Shown: positions 30,049-40,603 of the stretch, piece by piece
Position numbering within the stretch: the first letter of the stretch is position 1
Layout of the letters: each line of letters opens with the position of its first letter
From: Longimicrobiales bacterium
GTDB taxonomy: Bacteria; Gemmatimonadota; Gemmatimonadetes; Longimicrobiales; Gaopeijiaceae
NCBI GenBank assembly: GCA_963664435.2
Contig: CAXXKM010000002.1
Location: 320,001-384,000, forward strand
Reading direction: 5' to 3'
Length of the DNA stretch: 64,000 bases
The notes under the pieces: model-generated
Database searches by the model: none
Told to the model about the DNA's origin: nothing
Seen by the model: the letters and a program-made list of their open reading frames with translations, nothing else
Translations under genes and position numbers: made by a program

Positions 30049-31326
30049 CTAGTCGGGGGGGGCGGCGCCGGGGAACGAGACGGAATGAGCTTCACCGGTC
30101 GCGCCGTCGACCACCCACACCTGCCCGGAGGTCCCTTGTACCAACGACGGGGACCCGAGGTTTCGGACCACGGCCGCCACCGCCGGCGCGGCGGGACGCG
30201 TGAGGTCGACGACCACCAGGCCCTGCTCGCCCGCGGCGACGTAGGCCCGGGACTCCAGCAGCGCCACGTCGAAGGCGTTGCGAATCCCCTGGAAGCGGGC
30301 CGCGAGCCGAGGCATGGCCGGATCGGACACGTCGATGACGAATACGCCGTCCCGGCCGGCGGCCACCACGCCGAGCGCTTCGTCCATGTCGAGCGAACGG
30401 GCGGCTGCGGACAGTTCCAGGGCCCCCACCTCCGCGAGCGTACCCCCGTCGCGCGCCACCAGGCGGGGGCCTTCCAGCACCCACGCGATCCGTGATGCGC
30501 GCGGCCAGACCAGGTCGGCGGCGAGCGGGTCGCCCGTGGTGCGCGCCGCTTCGGAAAGCTCCAGAGCCGTGCCCCGGCCGACGCTGGTGAAGCCGAGCAG
30601 GCCCCCGGCCCCCGACACCACCAGCCTCCCGCCGCTCCCCGCCGCGACCAGCCGGGCGCCGCGCGCGTCGACCCGCCGACCGGCAATGTCGTCCTGGACC
30701 AGCGGAAGCGCGAACAGGCCGCTGGGCGTAGCCGCGACGATGGCCGCGCGCTCGTCGACCAGCGCGGCATCACTCAGCCCGCGCACCCCCCCCAGCCGCG
30801 ATTGTGTTTCCCCCTCCAGCCGGACCAGTCCCTCGGCCGCGCTCCAGAGCGCGGCTGTCCCCGCCTTCCTGCCCCGGTCGGGCAGGAAGGGTAGCTGGAC
30901 CGTCTCCCGGGGGCGCAGGTCCAGTCGAGGACCCGCCACGAAACGGCGCGCGGCCGCGTCGTCGAACTCCTTGCCGAGCAGCAAGCCCAGGGTGAACCCG
31001 ACGGCGGTGGCCAGCGGCGCGAAACACTCGGTTCTGGTGCACGTGCCCAGGTTGGGATTGAAGTCAGCGGAGGTAAACGTCGGGACGCCGACTACCACGG
31101 CCCCGATCGCGGCCCCCAGCCACTTGCGGTAGCCGCCGGGACCGGATTCCTGCGCGGCCGCGGTCGCGGGCGGCAGCACCACGGCGGCCCCGATCAGCAA
31201 GAGGGCGACAACGGTCGACCTGCACGCGTTCCAGATGGCGACCGTGCGGCGCTCACGCGCCCCACCCGGCCCCCGCACGCGCCGCCGCTCGGGACGTGGC
31301 GACCGACAGCAGGCCGGGCGGGTCAC
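30049..31326 (-). CDS. Secreted/membrane protein with LVIVD-type beta repeats
   Basis: VAAGRDGVFVIDVSDPAMP and VAAGEQGLVVVDLTRPAAP repeats; start uncertain. Confidence 0.75.
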   Translation of the reverse strand: MTRPACCRSPRPERRRVRGPGGARERRTVAIWNACRSTVVALLLIGAAVVLPPATAAAQESGPGGYRKWLGAAIGAVVVGVPTFTSADFNPNLGTCTRTECFAPLATAVGFTLGLLLGKEFDDAAARRFVAGPRLDLRPRETVQLPFLPDRGRKAGTAALWSAAEGLVRLEGETQSRLGGVRGLSDAALVDERAAIVAATPSGLFALPLVQDDIAGRRVDARGARLVAAGSGGRLVVSGAGGLLGFTSVGRGTALELSEAARTTGDPLAADLVWPRASRIAWVLEGPRLVARDGGTLAEVGALELSAAARSLDMDEALGVVAAGRDGVFVIDVSDPAMPRLAARFQGIRNAFDVALLESRAYVAAGEQGLVVVDLTRPAAPAVAAVVRNLGSPSLVQGTSGQVWVVDGATGEAHSVSFPGAAPPD

Positions 31327-33497
31327 GGCTCCCGGACCTGGAACTCGCGCTCCACCTCCAGCTGGAGGCGCGCATTGCGGTCCAGGACCCGAAGCCGCAG
31401 CCCGTAGCGGCCCGGTGGCGGCTCGTCGAGCTGGATGGTGAAGTACTCCGGCAGCATGTCGCGCGCGAGCACCCGGTTCTGCTTGCTGAAGGTGAGGCGC
31501 ACGGCCTGGTCGCCCTCGGCGGTGAGCCCCCAGCGGTCCGCCAGCTCGCCCAGCAGCTGCACGAACGACCCGGTGCGATGAATCTCCTCCACCGTCACCG
31601 CCAGCTCCAGGTCGTACGACGCCAACCGGTCGGAGTCGGGCAGCAGGTTGTAGAGCTCGAAGTAGATGCCGATCTCGTCATCGGGCGCGTAGGTGAGCGT
31701 CGGTTCGGGCACCATGCGAAAGTCGGTGCGCGTGCGCGGCGGATCGGTGACCACCTCGAGCGACCGGGTCAGGAGGATATCGCTCACGCTCAGTTCACCG
31801 GCAGGGAAACTGCGCGCGTCCACCCGCGCCCGGTGCACCGCCGCCGCCCAGCTGAGCGGATCGCGCGCCTCCGCCGATACGATGTGCGGCTGCCCGGCGG
31901 GCACGGTCGTGCGCCAGCTCATCGGGAGCGCGCGGCCTGCCTCGAAGGTCACCTCCCGGGCCTCGGTGACCCGGCGGATCTCGGCGCCGTCGGGCTCGAC
32001 CACGAAGAGGCCCGTCTCGAAGGTGGCCGCCGCCACGCCGACCGCGTCGCGTAGCGAATCCAGGGGAACGGCCGCATGCACTTCCAGATCGATCTCCCCG
32101 TCCTCGCCCCGGAAGCGCGCGATCTGGGCGGGCACCTCCAGGAGCGCGGGAAGCGAAGGAGCGGTCATGCGCGCGGGCTGGCGCGCCCGGTAGTTCTCGG
32201 CATAGAAGCGGAAGCCGTTGGCGAAGGTAGCTCCGCGGTATCCCGGCATGCCCCGGAACACGAACACCGGCCCGTTCCTGCCGTAGCTCCACACGGTCGT
32301 CACCCGGCCGACGGACTCCATGTCTCCGCCGGCGGTCGTATTGGCCCCGAAGCTCGCCTGGCGCAGCGGCCTGCCGTAGCGCACCCAGATGTCGCCCCGG
32401 TCCGTGCGCCATCCCGGGACATCGTATTCGGGCAGGCCGAACCGCAGATCGACGTAGGCCATGCGCGAAAGGTACTCGGCCCAGTACTCGTTCGAGGGCG
32501 TGAGGTAGAGCGGATCCCAGGCCGTCCAGAAGCGGCGGGCGGCGTCCGCCGGATCCGCGCCGACACGCGCTTCGAAGATCTCGGCGTCGTCCTGCGTGAG
32601 CAGACGCGATACCGCCATGAAGTCCGCCCGCGTCTCCTCCGGCAGCAACTCGACGGCGTACTCGAAGGCGCCTGCCGCCTCATCGTCGCGGCCCTCGGCG
32701 TGCAGTCCCAGACCGAACGCGAGATAGGCGCGGGGCTCGGACGGGGCCGCGCGCACGAAGCGCTGGGCTTCGGCCATGAACTCGGCCATGCGCCCGGTGT
32801 CGTAGTAGAAGGCCAGCAGATGGGTGGCCGCCCCGACGTGCGCGGGATCCGCGGTCAGCGCCCGGCGAAAGTGGTCGAGCATGGCCTCGCGCGCCGCAGC
32901 ACCCTGCCCCGGAGCGTAGCCCGAAGCCTGGAGCGCGTCCCAGACGTAATTGGCGCTTTCGAAGGCGATGTCCCCCCGGAGTTCCGCGATGCCGATGGGA
33001 AGCAGGCGGCGGTAGCGAAGCCGGCGCCAGGTCGTCTCGCTGAAGATGCCGAGCTGGTAGTGGACCTCCGCGAGCGTGGGCGCGTCGGCGCGTTCGGCCA
33101 CATCCAGCGCCCGCCGGAGCATCCTGCGCGCGTCCACCCGGATTTCCTGCATCATCAGGAGCCTGGCAAGCTCCAGCAGGTACAGGGGATTCTCCGGGTC
33201 GTGGCGCACGGCCAGGTCGAGCGCTTCGCGGGCGATGATGCGGCGACGGAAATCACCCGTGCCGCGGGGAGCCTGCCGGGCGTGGTACAGCCCCTTGAGG
33301 AAGTGCGCCTCCGCGTACCCGGGGTCGATCGTGACGGCCCGCTCGATATGGCCCAGCGCACGGATGGTATCGCCTTTCTGCGCCAGCCGGACACCCTCCT
33401 CGAGCGCCGCAAGCGCCGCGGCTCGCTGAGCCAGGATTCCATGCGGCAGCGACAGCCCGCACAGGAGAAGGAGGGCGGCGATCGGCTTCATGGACAT
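31323..33497 (-). CDS. GWxTD domain protein with TPRs
   Basis: Signal peptide, TPRs, FW...DP...TPSNEY...GWRTDRGDIWVRYGRP. Confidence 0.9.
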   Translation of the reverse strand: MSMKPIAALLLLCGLSLPHGILAQRAAALAALEEGVRLAQKGDTIRALGHIERAVTIDPGYAEAHFLKGLYHARQAPRGTGDFRRRIIAREALDLAVRHDPENPLYLLELARLLMMQEIRVDARRMLRRALDVAERADAPTLAEVHYQLGIFSETTWRRLRYRRLLPIGIAELRGDIAFESANYVWDALQASGYAPGQGAAAREAMLDHFRRALTADPAHVGAATHLLAFYYDTGRMAEFMAEAQRFVRAAPSEPRAYLAFGLGLHAEGRDDEAAGAFEYAVELLPEETRADFMAVSRLLTQDDAEIFEARVGADPADAARRFWTAWDPLYLTPSNEYWAEYLSRMAYVDLRFGLPEYDVPGWRTDRGDIWVRYGRPLRQASFGANTTAGGDMESVGRVTTVWSYGRNGPVFVFRGMPGYRGATFANGFRFYAENYRARQPARMTAPSLPALLEVPAQIARFRGEDGEIDLEVHAAVPLDSLRDAVGVAAATFETGLFVVEPDGAEIRRVTEAREVTFEAGRALPMSWRTTVPAGQPHIVSAEARDPLSWAAAVHRARVDARSFPAGELSVSDILLTRSLEVVTDPPRTRTDFRMVPEPTLTYAPDDEIGIYFELYNLLPDSDRLASYDLELAVTVEEIHRTGSFVQLLGELADRWGLTAEGDQAVRLTFSKQNRVLARDMLPEYFTIQLDEPPPGRYGLRLRVLDRNARLQLEVEREFQVREP

Positions 33498-33685
33498 CCG
33501 ACGGAATCAGCGGGACGGGTCACGCGGAACTTGCGTATACCCGCCACCCCCGGCAACTTGCCGCCTCCAAACCCCTCACGGCGCTCTTCCGCGCAGTATC
33601 GGCATGCCTTGTCCCTGCACGATCGGTTGACTCGTTCCCGCGACGCTCTCCGTCGGGGCGCTCCATGTCGCCGAACCCCGAGAAC

Positions 33686-34570
33686 ATGAACTCCGCGACC
33701 CGCCCGGGAGGCCCCGGGGCATACCTCGAACTGACCAAGCCCGGGATCGCGTGCTTCGTCATGACCCTGACCGGGGTGTCCTGCTATGTGGCGGTCGGAG
33801 GCGACCTGGCGGTTCTCCTCATTCTCCACACGGCTCTGGGAACGGGGCTGGTGACGGGCGGCGCGCTGGCGCTCAACCAGTACGCCGAACGCCGCGAGGA
33901 CGCGCTCATGACGCGCACCCGCGGGCGCCCGATCCCGTCGGGGCGCGTCCCGGCACGCCACGCACGCGATTTCGGACTCCTGCTTACCGTGGTTGGAGCC
34001 GTCTACCTGTGGTCGGTGGTCGGGTGGCTGCCCGCCGTTCTCGCCCTGCTGTCGAGCGCCCTCTACGTGCTGGTGTACACGCCGCTCAAGACGCGAACCT
34101 CGCTCGCGAGCCTGGTGGGCGCGTTTCCCGGCGCGCTTCCCGTGCTGGTGGGCTGGAGCGCGGCGGCGGGCACGCTGTCGGCACAGGCGTTCGCGGTGTT
34201 CGGGGTCTTCTTCATGTGGCAGCTTCCGCACATCCTCGCGCTGGCGTGGATCTGCCGCGAGGACTATGCCCGCGCCGGCATCATCATGGCGCCTCCGGGC
34301 GACGAGCAGGGACGCCTGCTCAGCCTGCGCATGGTCGCGGCCGCGGGCGCGCTGCTTCCGGTGAGTCTCGCGCCCGTGCTGCTCGACCTGACCGGCATGG
34401 TGTACGCCGCCGGAGCACTGCTGGCGGGGATGGCGCTCCTGGCGGTGACGCTCGCGTGCGCGGGGCGCCTTACGGACAGGCGGGCGCGCCGGGTCTTCGT
34501 GGGAACGCTGCTTTATCAGCCTTGTCTGCTGGTGTTGCTGATCGTCGATACCCTGGCGGTCGGTGGATGA
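33686..34570 (+). CDS. ctaB: Protoheme IX farnesyltransferase (heme o synthase)
   Basis: ELTKP, NQYAERREDALMTRTRGRPIPSGR, YTPLK, WQLPH, EDYARAG. Confidence 0.95.
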   Translation: MNSATRPGGPGAYLELTKPGIACFVMTLTGVSCYVAVGGDLAVLLILHTALGTGLVTGGALALNQYAERREDALMTRTRGRPIPSGRVPARHARDFGLLLTVVGAVYLWSVVGWLPAVLALLSSALYVLVYTPLKTRTSLASLVGAFPGALPVLVGWSAAAGTLSAQAFAVFGVFFMWQLPHILALAWICREDYARAGIIMAPPGDEQGRLLSLRMVAAAGALLPVSLAPVLLDLTGMVYAAGALLAGMALLAVTLACAGRLTDRRARRVFVGTLLYQPCLLVLLIVDTLAVGG

Positions 34571-34632
34571 ATCCGACGGGCGAGGCGCGCTTCACTGGAA
34601 TCCGGCCAGCCAAGCTCGTAAGTTCAAATCCC

Positions 34633-35922
34633 ATGACCAGATACAGACCCACGACGTGGAGCGCGACCGTGCACCTCCTGCCTTTGCCCTTCCCGTCTCC
34701 CATAACGCGAGCCCGGTTCCGTGCGATCCCGCTCCGGCGCCTCGCCGCCGCCGCGCTTTTCGCCGCAGCCCTCGGCCCGGGTGCACCCGCGGCTTCCGCC
34801 CAGGAAGAACCCCGTCCCCGGGCGCGCGACATCGGGATCGCGCCCGGCATCTTCGCCCCGGGACCGTACAACGCGATCACGGACGTGGAAGGCGTGCTGG
34901 TGGGGCACGCCACGGTGCGCGAGGGCGACCGCGTCCGCACCGGGGTGACGGCCATCCGCCCGCATGGCGGAAACGTCTTCCGCGACCGGGTGCCGGCCGC
35001 GATGCACGTCGGCAACGGCTTCGGCAAGCTGCTCGGCGTGACCCAGGTGCGGGAACTCGGCGAGCTGGAGACACCCATCCTGCTCACCTGCACGCTGTGC
35101 GTGTGGAAGGCGGCGGATGCCCTGACGGAATGGATGCTGTCGCGGGATGGGATGGAGGGGGTGCGCTCGATCAACCCGGTCGTGGGTGAAACCAACGACG
35201 GCGGCCTGAACGACATCCGCTCGCGGCCGATCACCCCCGGGCACGTGCGCGCGGCGCTCGAGTCGGCCGGCGGCGGCCCGGTGGAGGAGGGATCGGTCGG
35301 GGCGGGAACCGGGACCCGCGCCTTCGGCTGGAAAGGGGGCATCGGCACCAGCAGCCGGGTTGTGCCCGACGAACTGGGCGGCTACACGGTGGGCGTGCTG
35401 GTGCAGTCCAACTTCGGGGGCATTCTCACCATCGCGGGGGCGCCGGTGGGGCGCGAGCTGGGCCGCTACTCGTTTCAGGGTACGGCCCCGGGAGACGACG
35501 CCCCGGCCGGGTCGGACCGGGACGAAGGAGAGGGAGGCGGAGACGAGGGACAGGGGTCCATCATGATGGTGGTGGCGACGGACGCACCCCTCTCGCCCCT
35601 CAAGCTCGAGCGCGTGGCGCGACGGGCCATGATGGGGCTGGCGCGCACCGGATCGTTCGCCGGCAACGGCTCGGGCGACTACGTGATCGCCTTCTCCACC
35701 GCATCCGAAGTGCGGCGCGGAGGGGAGGAGGTGCTGGCGGTGGAGGAGGTCGCCAACAGCCGCATGTCATCGCTCTTCCTGGCCACTGTCGAAGCCACCG
35801 AGGAAGCCGTCTACAACTCGCTCTTCAGGGCCACGACGGTATCGGGGATGGGGAACACCGCGGACGCTCTGCCCATCGAAGAGACGATGGAAGTGCTGCG
35901 GCGCTACAACGTCATCCCCTGA
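34633..35922 (+). CDS. DmpA/P1 family aminopeptidase, secreted
   Basis: NAITDVEGVLVGH, NGFGKL, EEGSVGAGTG, KGGIGTSSR, GSIMMVVATDAP, GSGD; start approximate. Confidence 0.92.
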   Translation: MTRYRPTTWSATVHLLPLPFPSPITRARFRAIPLRRLAAAALFAAALGPGAPAASAQEEPRPRARDIGIAPGIFAPGPYNAITDVEGVLVGHATVREGDRVRTGVTAIRPHGGNVFRDRVPAAMHVGNGFGKLLGVTQVRELGELETPILLTCTLCVWKAADALTEWMLSRDGMEGVRSINPVVGETNDGGLNDIRSRPITPGHVRAALESAGGGPVEEGSVGAGTGTRAFGWKGGIGTSSRVVPDELGGYTVGVLVQSNFGGILTIAGAPVGRELGRYSFQGTAPGDDAPAGSDRDEGEGGGDEGQGSIMMVVATDAPLSPLKLERVARRAMMGLARTGSFAGNGSGDYVIAFSTASEVRRGGEEVLAVEEVANSRMSSLFLATVEATEEAVYNSLFRATTVSGMGNTADALPIEETMEVLRRYNVIP

Positions 35923-35939
35923 CAGGGTCGGCTGTCCGC

Positions 35940-37547
35940 CTACCCCAGCCGCGCGGGCTTGACGTAGGAGATCTGGTCGAGTTCGCGCAGGCGCTCGAGC
36001 AGCTCCTGCGTGATCTCCCCGTCCACCGACACCGCCGCCATGGCGTCCCCTCCCGGCTCCAGGCGAGCCTGGTGGTATCCGGCGATGTTGAAACCCATCG
36101 ACGCGAGCACCGTGCCGACCCCGGCGATCACCCCGGGCTTGTCCTGATTGCGCACGATCACGATGGAGCCCTCCGGCACCAGGTCGACGGAGAAGTCGCC
36201 GATGCCCACGATTCGCGGATGGGTGCCCTCCAGCAGCGCTCCGGCGACCCTCAGCCGTCCCCCCTCCGCCTCCACCTCGGTCATCAGGTATTCGGAGTAG
36301 TCCGGGTGCCGGGTCGCCTGCGCCGACACGACCCTCATGCCGCGCGCCTCTGCGAGACGGGCCGCATTGACCGCATTCACCCGCGTGCCCCCGACGATGT
36401 CCTCCAGCAGCCCGCAAAGCACCGCGGCGGTCAGGGGGACGGGCGCCTCTTCGAATCCGCCGGCGTAGCGGACCTGCACCTCCCGGATGCCCCCGGACGC
36501 AAGCGCGCACGCGAGACGTCCCATCCGGGTCCCCAGCTCCAGCAGGGGACGCAGCTTGCGCAGCGTCGCTCCGTCGATGCCGGGTGCGTTGACCGCGCGC
36601 GAGAGGTCGCCGTCGAGCAGCGCTCCCCGCACGCCCGCCGCGATCTCGGAAGCCACCAGTTCCTGCGCCTCCGCGGTGGAGGCCCCCAGGTGGGGACTGA
36701 GCATGAGGTTCGGGCTGCCCAGCAGCGGACTGGACGCCGGCAGCGGTTCCTGGCGGAAGACATCCAGCGCGGCACCCGCCACCCATCCCTCCCGGAGGGC
36801 GCGGGCAAGCGTGTCTTCGTCCACCACGCCGCCACGGGCCGCATTGACGAGGTAGGCCGAGGGCTTCATGCGACGCAGCTGCTTCGCCCCGATCATGGAG
36901 GAGGTGGAGGGGGTGAGCGGCACATGGAGGCTGAGGAAGTCGGCCTGCTCGATCACGTCGTCGAAATCGCGCGGCTCCGCGTCCAGTTCCTCCGCGCGGG
37001 TTGCGGGCAGATAGGGATCGTAGACCAGGACCCTCATGCCGAAGGCGCGGGCGCGGCGGGCCACTTCCCCGCCGATGCGTCCCGCCCCGATGAGCCCGAG
37101 CGTCTTGCGGTTGAGCTCCACCCCGGCGAGCCCCGGCGTCTTCCAGGTCATCTCGCGCACCGACCGGTCGGCGGCGACGACCTTTCGGGCCAGCGTCAGA
37201 ATGAGCGCGAAGGTGAGCTCCGCGGCGGAGACGGTGTTGCCCGCAGGGGCGTTCAGCACCGGGATGCCGCGCTCCGTTGCGGCGTCGAGATCGATGTTGT
37301 CCACCCCCGCTCCGGCCCGGCCGATGACCTTCAGGCTGGAGGCCGCCTCGATCAGTTCCCGCGTGATCCGGGTGGCGCTGCGCACGATGACGGCGTCCGC
37401 CCCGGTCATCGCCTCTGCCTTCTCCGCCGGCGAGCACTCCGCCAGCCAGCGCACCTCGAAGCGCCCGTCGCCGGTGAGCGCGCCAAGCCCCGAGCGCGAG
37501 ACCTTGTCCGCCACCGCGACCACGTACCGTCGGCCGAGCCCGCTCAT
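35940..37547 (-). CDS. serA: D-3-phosphoglycerate dehydrogenase (with ASB and ACT domains)
   Basis: GRAGAGVDNID, GAGRIG, NAARGGVVDE, PHLGAST, DKPGVI ACT domain. Confidence 0.95.
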   Translation of the reverse strand: MSGLGRRYVVAVADKVSRSGLGALTGDGRFEVRWLAECSPAEKAEAMTGADAVIVRSATRITRELIEAASSLKVIGRAGAGVDNIDLDAATERGIPVLNAPAGNTVSAAELTFALILTLARKVVAADRSVREMTWKTPGLAGVELNRKTLGLIGAGRIGGEVARRARAFGMRVLVYDPYLPATRAEELDAEPRDFDDVIEQADFLSLHVPLTPSTSSMIGAKQLRRMKPSAYLVNAARGGVVDEDTLARALREGWVAGAALDVFRQEPLPASSPLLGSPNLMLSPHLGASTAEAQELVASEIAAGVRGALLDGDLSRAVNAPGIDGATLRKLRPLLELGTRMGRLACALASGGIREVQVRYAGGFEEAPVPLTAAVLCGLLEDIVGGTRVNAVNAARLAEARGMRVVSAQATRHPDYSEYLMTEVEAEGGRLRVAGALLEGTHPRIVGIGDFSVDLVPEGSIVIVRNQDKPGVIAGVGTVLASMGFNIAGYHQARLEPGGDAMAAVSVDGEITQELLERLRELDQISYVKPARLG

Positions 37548-38707
37548 CGCTTCCCTCCGGCAAACCCCTGTCCGGGGGATGCCCGCAGGACCTCCTCCAG
37601 CGCTTTCAGCACCCCATCGAGTTCCTCCACGGTGTGGTCTCCCATGTGGCCGATGCGCACCGACCGCGGCTTGAGCCTGCCGTATCCCGCTCCGATCACG
37701 AATCCGCGCTCCTTCATCGCCTGAGCGACCTCCGGACCCGTCCGCCCCGGCGGCAGGAGCAGACAGGTCACGGTGGGCGAGCGGAAGCCCTCAGGCGCGA
37801 GAACCGACAGCTCCACGCCGGCCTCCTCCCTCGTCGCGTCCGCCCACTCCGCGCACCTGCGCGCCATGGCTGCGTGGCGCGCCCAGCGTCCCTCAAGGCT
37901 CTCCGCGGAGATGTGCCGCAGCTGCTCCGCAAGGGAGTACAGCAACGTCACCGCGGGCGTGTTCGGCGTCTGTTCCTTTGCCAGCGCATCGTAGAACACG
38001 ACCAGGTCGAAGTAGACCCCCTTGCGGGCCGCGCTCCCGGAACGCTCCATCATGCGCTCGGAGGCGACGCCGAACGCCAGCCCCGGGGGCAGCGCCATCG
38101 CTTTCTGGGAACCGGAGAGCACGAAATCGAGCCCCCGGTCGTCCGCCTGCACCGGGGCGCCTCCCGCGCTGGTAACGGCATCCACCAGAACCAGCGTGTC
38201 GGGAAACTCCCTCACCACCCGCGCCAGCTGGGCGATCGGGTTGAGGGCTCCCGTGGAGGTCTCGGAGTGCACCATGGTCACGGCGTCGTAGCGCCTCTCG
38301 CGCAGGCGGTCCCGAAGCGCGTCCGGATCGTGCACGCCGCCCCACGGCACCTCCAGGTGGTCCACCTCGAACCCGCAGGCGCGCGCAATTCGGGCGAAGC
38401 GCTCCGAGAACGCCCCGTTCACCAGCGAAAGCACCCGCTCGCGCGCGCCGTTGCGCACCGCAGCCTCCATGAGGCCGGTCGCGGAGGACGTGGAGACCAG
38501 AACGGGCCGCGCGGTGCCGAACACCTCGCGCAGGCCGGGCTGGATCTCTCTCATGAGCGCGTTGATGGGTTCGCCGCGATGCCCGATCAGTGCCCGCTTC
38601 TGGGCAGCCAGCACCGCCGGCCGAACCTCGGTGGGACCGGGCAGAAAGAAGCGGCCGAACCCGCCCTCCCCGGCTGGCCCGCCGCACGCCGTCGAGTTGT
38701 CGGTCAT
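37544..38707 (-). CDS. Class V PLP aminotransferase (serine-pyruvate/AGT-like; possible SerC substitute)
   Basis: FLPGPT, HSETSTG, VDAVTS, SGSQKAMALPPG, RIGHMG; overlaps the serA start. Confidence 0.9.
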   Translation of the reverse strand: MTDNSTACGGPAGEGGFGRFFLPGPTEVRPAVLAAQKRALIGHRGEPINALMREIQPGLREVFGTARPVLVSTSSATGLMEAAVRNGARERVLSLVNGAFSERFARIARACGFEVDHLEVPWGGVHDPDALRDRLRERRYDAVTMVHSETSTGALNPIAQLARVVREFPDTLVLVDAVTSAGGAPVQADDRGLDFVLSGSQKAMALPPGLAFGVASERMMERSGSAARKGVYFDLVVFYDALAKEQTPNTPAVTLLYSLAEQLRHISAESLEGRWARHAAMARRCAEWADATREEAGVELSVLAPEGFRSPTVTCLLLPPGRTGPEVAQAMKERGFVIGAGYGRLKPRSVRIGHMGDHTVEELDGVLKALEEVLRASPGQGFAGGKR

Positions 38708-38711
38708 GGTT

Positions 38712-40541
38712 TCATCTTCTGCGGCGCGCCGCCTTGCGGCGGGCACCGGCTTCGAGGATTCGCTTGCGCAGACGGATCGCTTCCGGAGTGACCTCGATGA
38801 GCTCGTCGTCCGCGATGAACTCCAGAGCGGATTCCAGCGTGATGATGCGCGGCGGCTCCAGGCGGATGTTGTCGTCCGCCGCCGCCGCCCGGATGTTGGT
38901 GAGCTTCTTTCCCTTGCACATGTTGACGTCCAGGTCGCCCGTGCGGACGTGCACGCCCACGACCATGCCCTCGTAGACCGGGGCCCCGGGCCCGAGGAAG
39001 AAGGTGGCGCGCTCCTGCAGGCCGAAGATGGCGTACGCCACCGCGACGCCCCGGCGGTCGGCCACCACCGCGCCGCGCTCCCGTCCGGGCAGCGCCCCCG
39101 CCCACCGGCCGTACTCCAGGAAGCGATGGTGCATCAGCCCGTCCCCGCGGGTGTCGGTGAGAAACTCGGTCCGATAGCCGAACAGGCCGCGCGCCGGAAT
39201 CCGGAAGCGCAGCCGGATCGACCCCCGGCCCGTCGGTCTCATCTCCAGCATCTCGCCCCGTCGCGCGCCCAGCTTCTCGATTACCGTGCCCACCCGGGAC
39301 TCGGGCACCTCCGCCACCAGCTCTTCATAAGGCTCCAGAGGCTCGCCGGCGGGACCTTCGCGCATGAGCACGCGCGGGCGCGAGACCTGGAACTCGTAGC
39401 CCTCGCGGCGCATGGTCTCCATGAGGATGGAGAGGTGCAACTCACCCCGTCCCGCGACCCGGAAGGTATCCGGATGGTCGGTCGCTTCCACGTTCAGGGC
39501 GACGTTGCGCTCCATCTCCCGGAAGAGCCGCTCGCCCAGCTGGCGCGTGGTGACGTATTTCCCTTCGCCCGAAAAAGGCGAGTCGTTGACGAGGAAGTCG
39601 ACCGAAATCGTGGGCCGCTCCACCGCGATGCCCTTCAGGCGTTCGAGGCGCGCCGGATCGGCCAGGGTCCTGCCGATCTCCACCCCGGAGACGCCCGCCA
39701 CCGCCACGATGTCCCCCGCGCCGGCTTCCGCGATGTCCACGCGCTCCAGCCCGTCGAATCCGTACACCTTGAGCGCACGCGAGCGCGCCACGTCATCCTC
39801 CTCGACCATGCCGGCCGCGCCCAGGGGCAGCACGGCCACCTCCTGGCCGGGTCGGATGCACCCGCGCTCCACGCGGCCGATCGCGATGCGCCCCACATAG
39901 GAGGAGTAGTCCAGCGTCGACACGAGCATCTGGAACGGCCCCGCCGGTTCCGAGGGAGGCGCGGGCACGTGATCCACGACGGCCGCGAACAGCGGCGCCA
40001 GGTCGGCACCCCGCTCGCCGGCACTCGCCGTGGCCCATCCCTCCCGGCCGGAGGCATACAGGAAGGGCGCGTCGAGCTGCTCGTCGGAGGCTTCGAGATC
40101 CATGAAGAGCTCCAGCACCTCGTCGTGGACCTCTTCGGCGCGCGCGTCCGGCCGCTCGGCCTTGTTGATGACCACCACCGGAGCGTGTCCCAACTCGAGG
40201 GCCTTGGCGGTCACGAACCGGGTCTGGGGCATCGGCCCCTCGGCGGCGTCGACCAGGATCAGCACCCCGTTCACCATGCGCAGGATGCGCTCGACCTCAC
40301 CTCCGAAGTCGGCGTGGCCCGGGGTGTCCACGATGTTGATCTTGAACTCGCCCCAGCGCACCGAGGTGTTCTTGGACAGGATCGTGATGCCCCGCTCCCG
40401 CTCCAGCGGATTGGAGTCCATCACCCGCTCGCGCACTTCCTGGTTTTCCCGGAACACCCCCGCCTGGCGGAGCATCTGGTCCACGAGGGTGGTCTTCCCA
40501 TGATCGACATGGGCGATGATGGCGACGTTGCGGACCTTCAT
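38712..40541 (-). CDS. typA: Translational GTPase TypA/BipA
   Basis: IAHVDHGKTTLVD, ERERGITILSK, DTPGHADFGGEVER, GRGELHL, ELIEVTP. Confidence 0.97.
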   Translation of the reverse strand: MKVRNVAIIAHVDHGKTTLVDQMLRQAGVFRENQEVRERVMDSNPLERERGITILSKNTSVRWGEFKINIVDTPGHADFGGEVERILRMVNGVLILVDAAEGPMPQTRFVTAKALELGHAPVVVINKAERPDARAEEVHDEVLELFMDLEASDEQLDAPFLYASGREGWATASAGERGADLAPLFAAVVDHVPAPPSEPAGPFQMLVSTLDYSSYVGRIAIGRVERGCIRPGQEVAVLPLGAAGMVEEDDVARSRALKVYGFDGLERVDIAEAGAGDIVAVAGVSGVEIGRTLADPARLERLKGIAVERPTISVDFLVNDSPFSGEGKYVTTRQLGERLFREMERNVALNVEATDHPDTFRVAGRGELHLSILMETMRREGYEFQVSRPRVLMREGPAGEPLEPYEELVAEVPESRVGTVIEKLGARRGEMLEMRPTGRGSIRLRFRIPARGLFGYRTEFLTDTRGDGLMHHRFLEYGRWAGALPGRERGAVVADRRGVAVAYAIFGLQERATFFLGPGAPVYEGMVVGVHVRTGDLDVNMCKGKKLTNIRAAAADDNIRLEPPRIITLESALEFIADDELIEVTPEAIRLRKRILEAGARRKAARRRR

Positions 40542-40603
40542 GCCGGGTCTGGTCCTGCCGGAGTATCGTCGGAGAGACGGATGCGCGAAGCCCGGCGAGA
40601 CCT

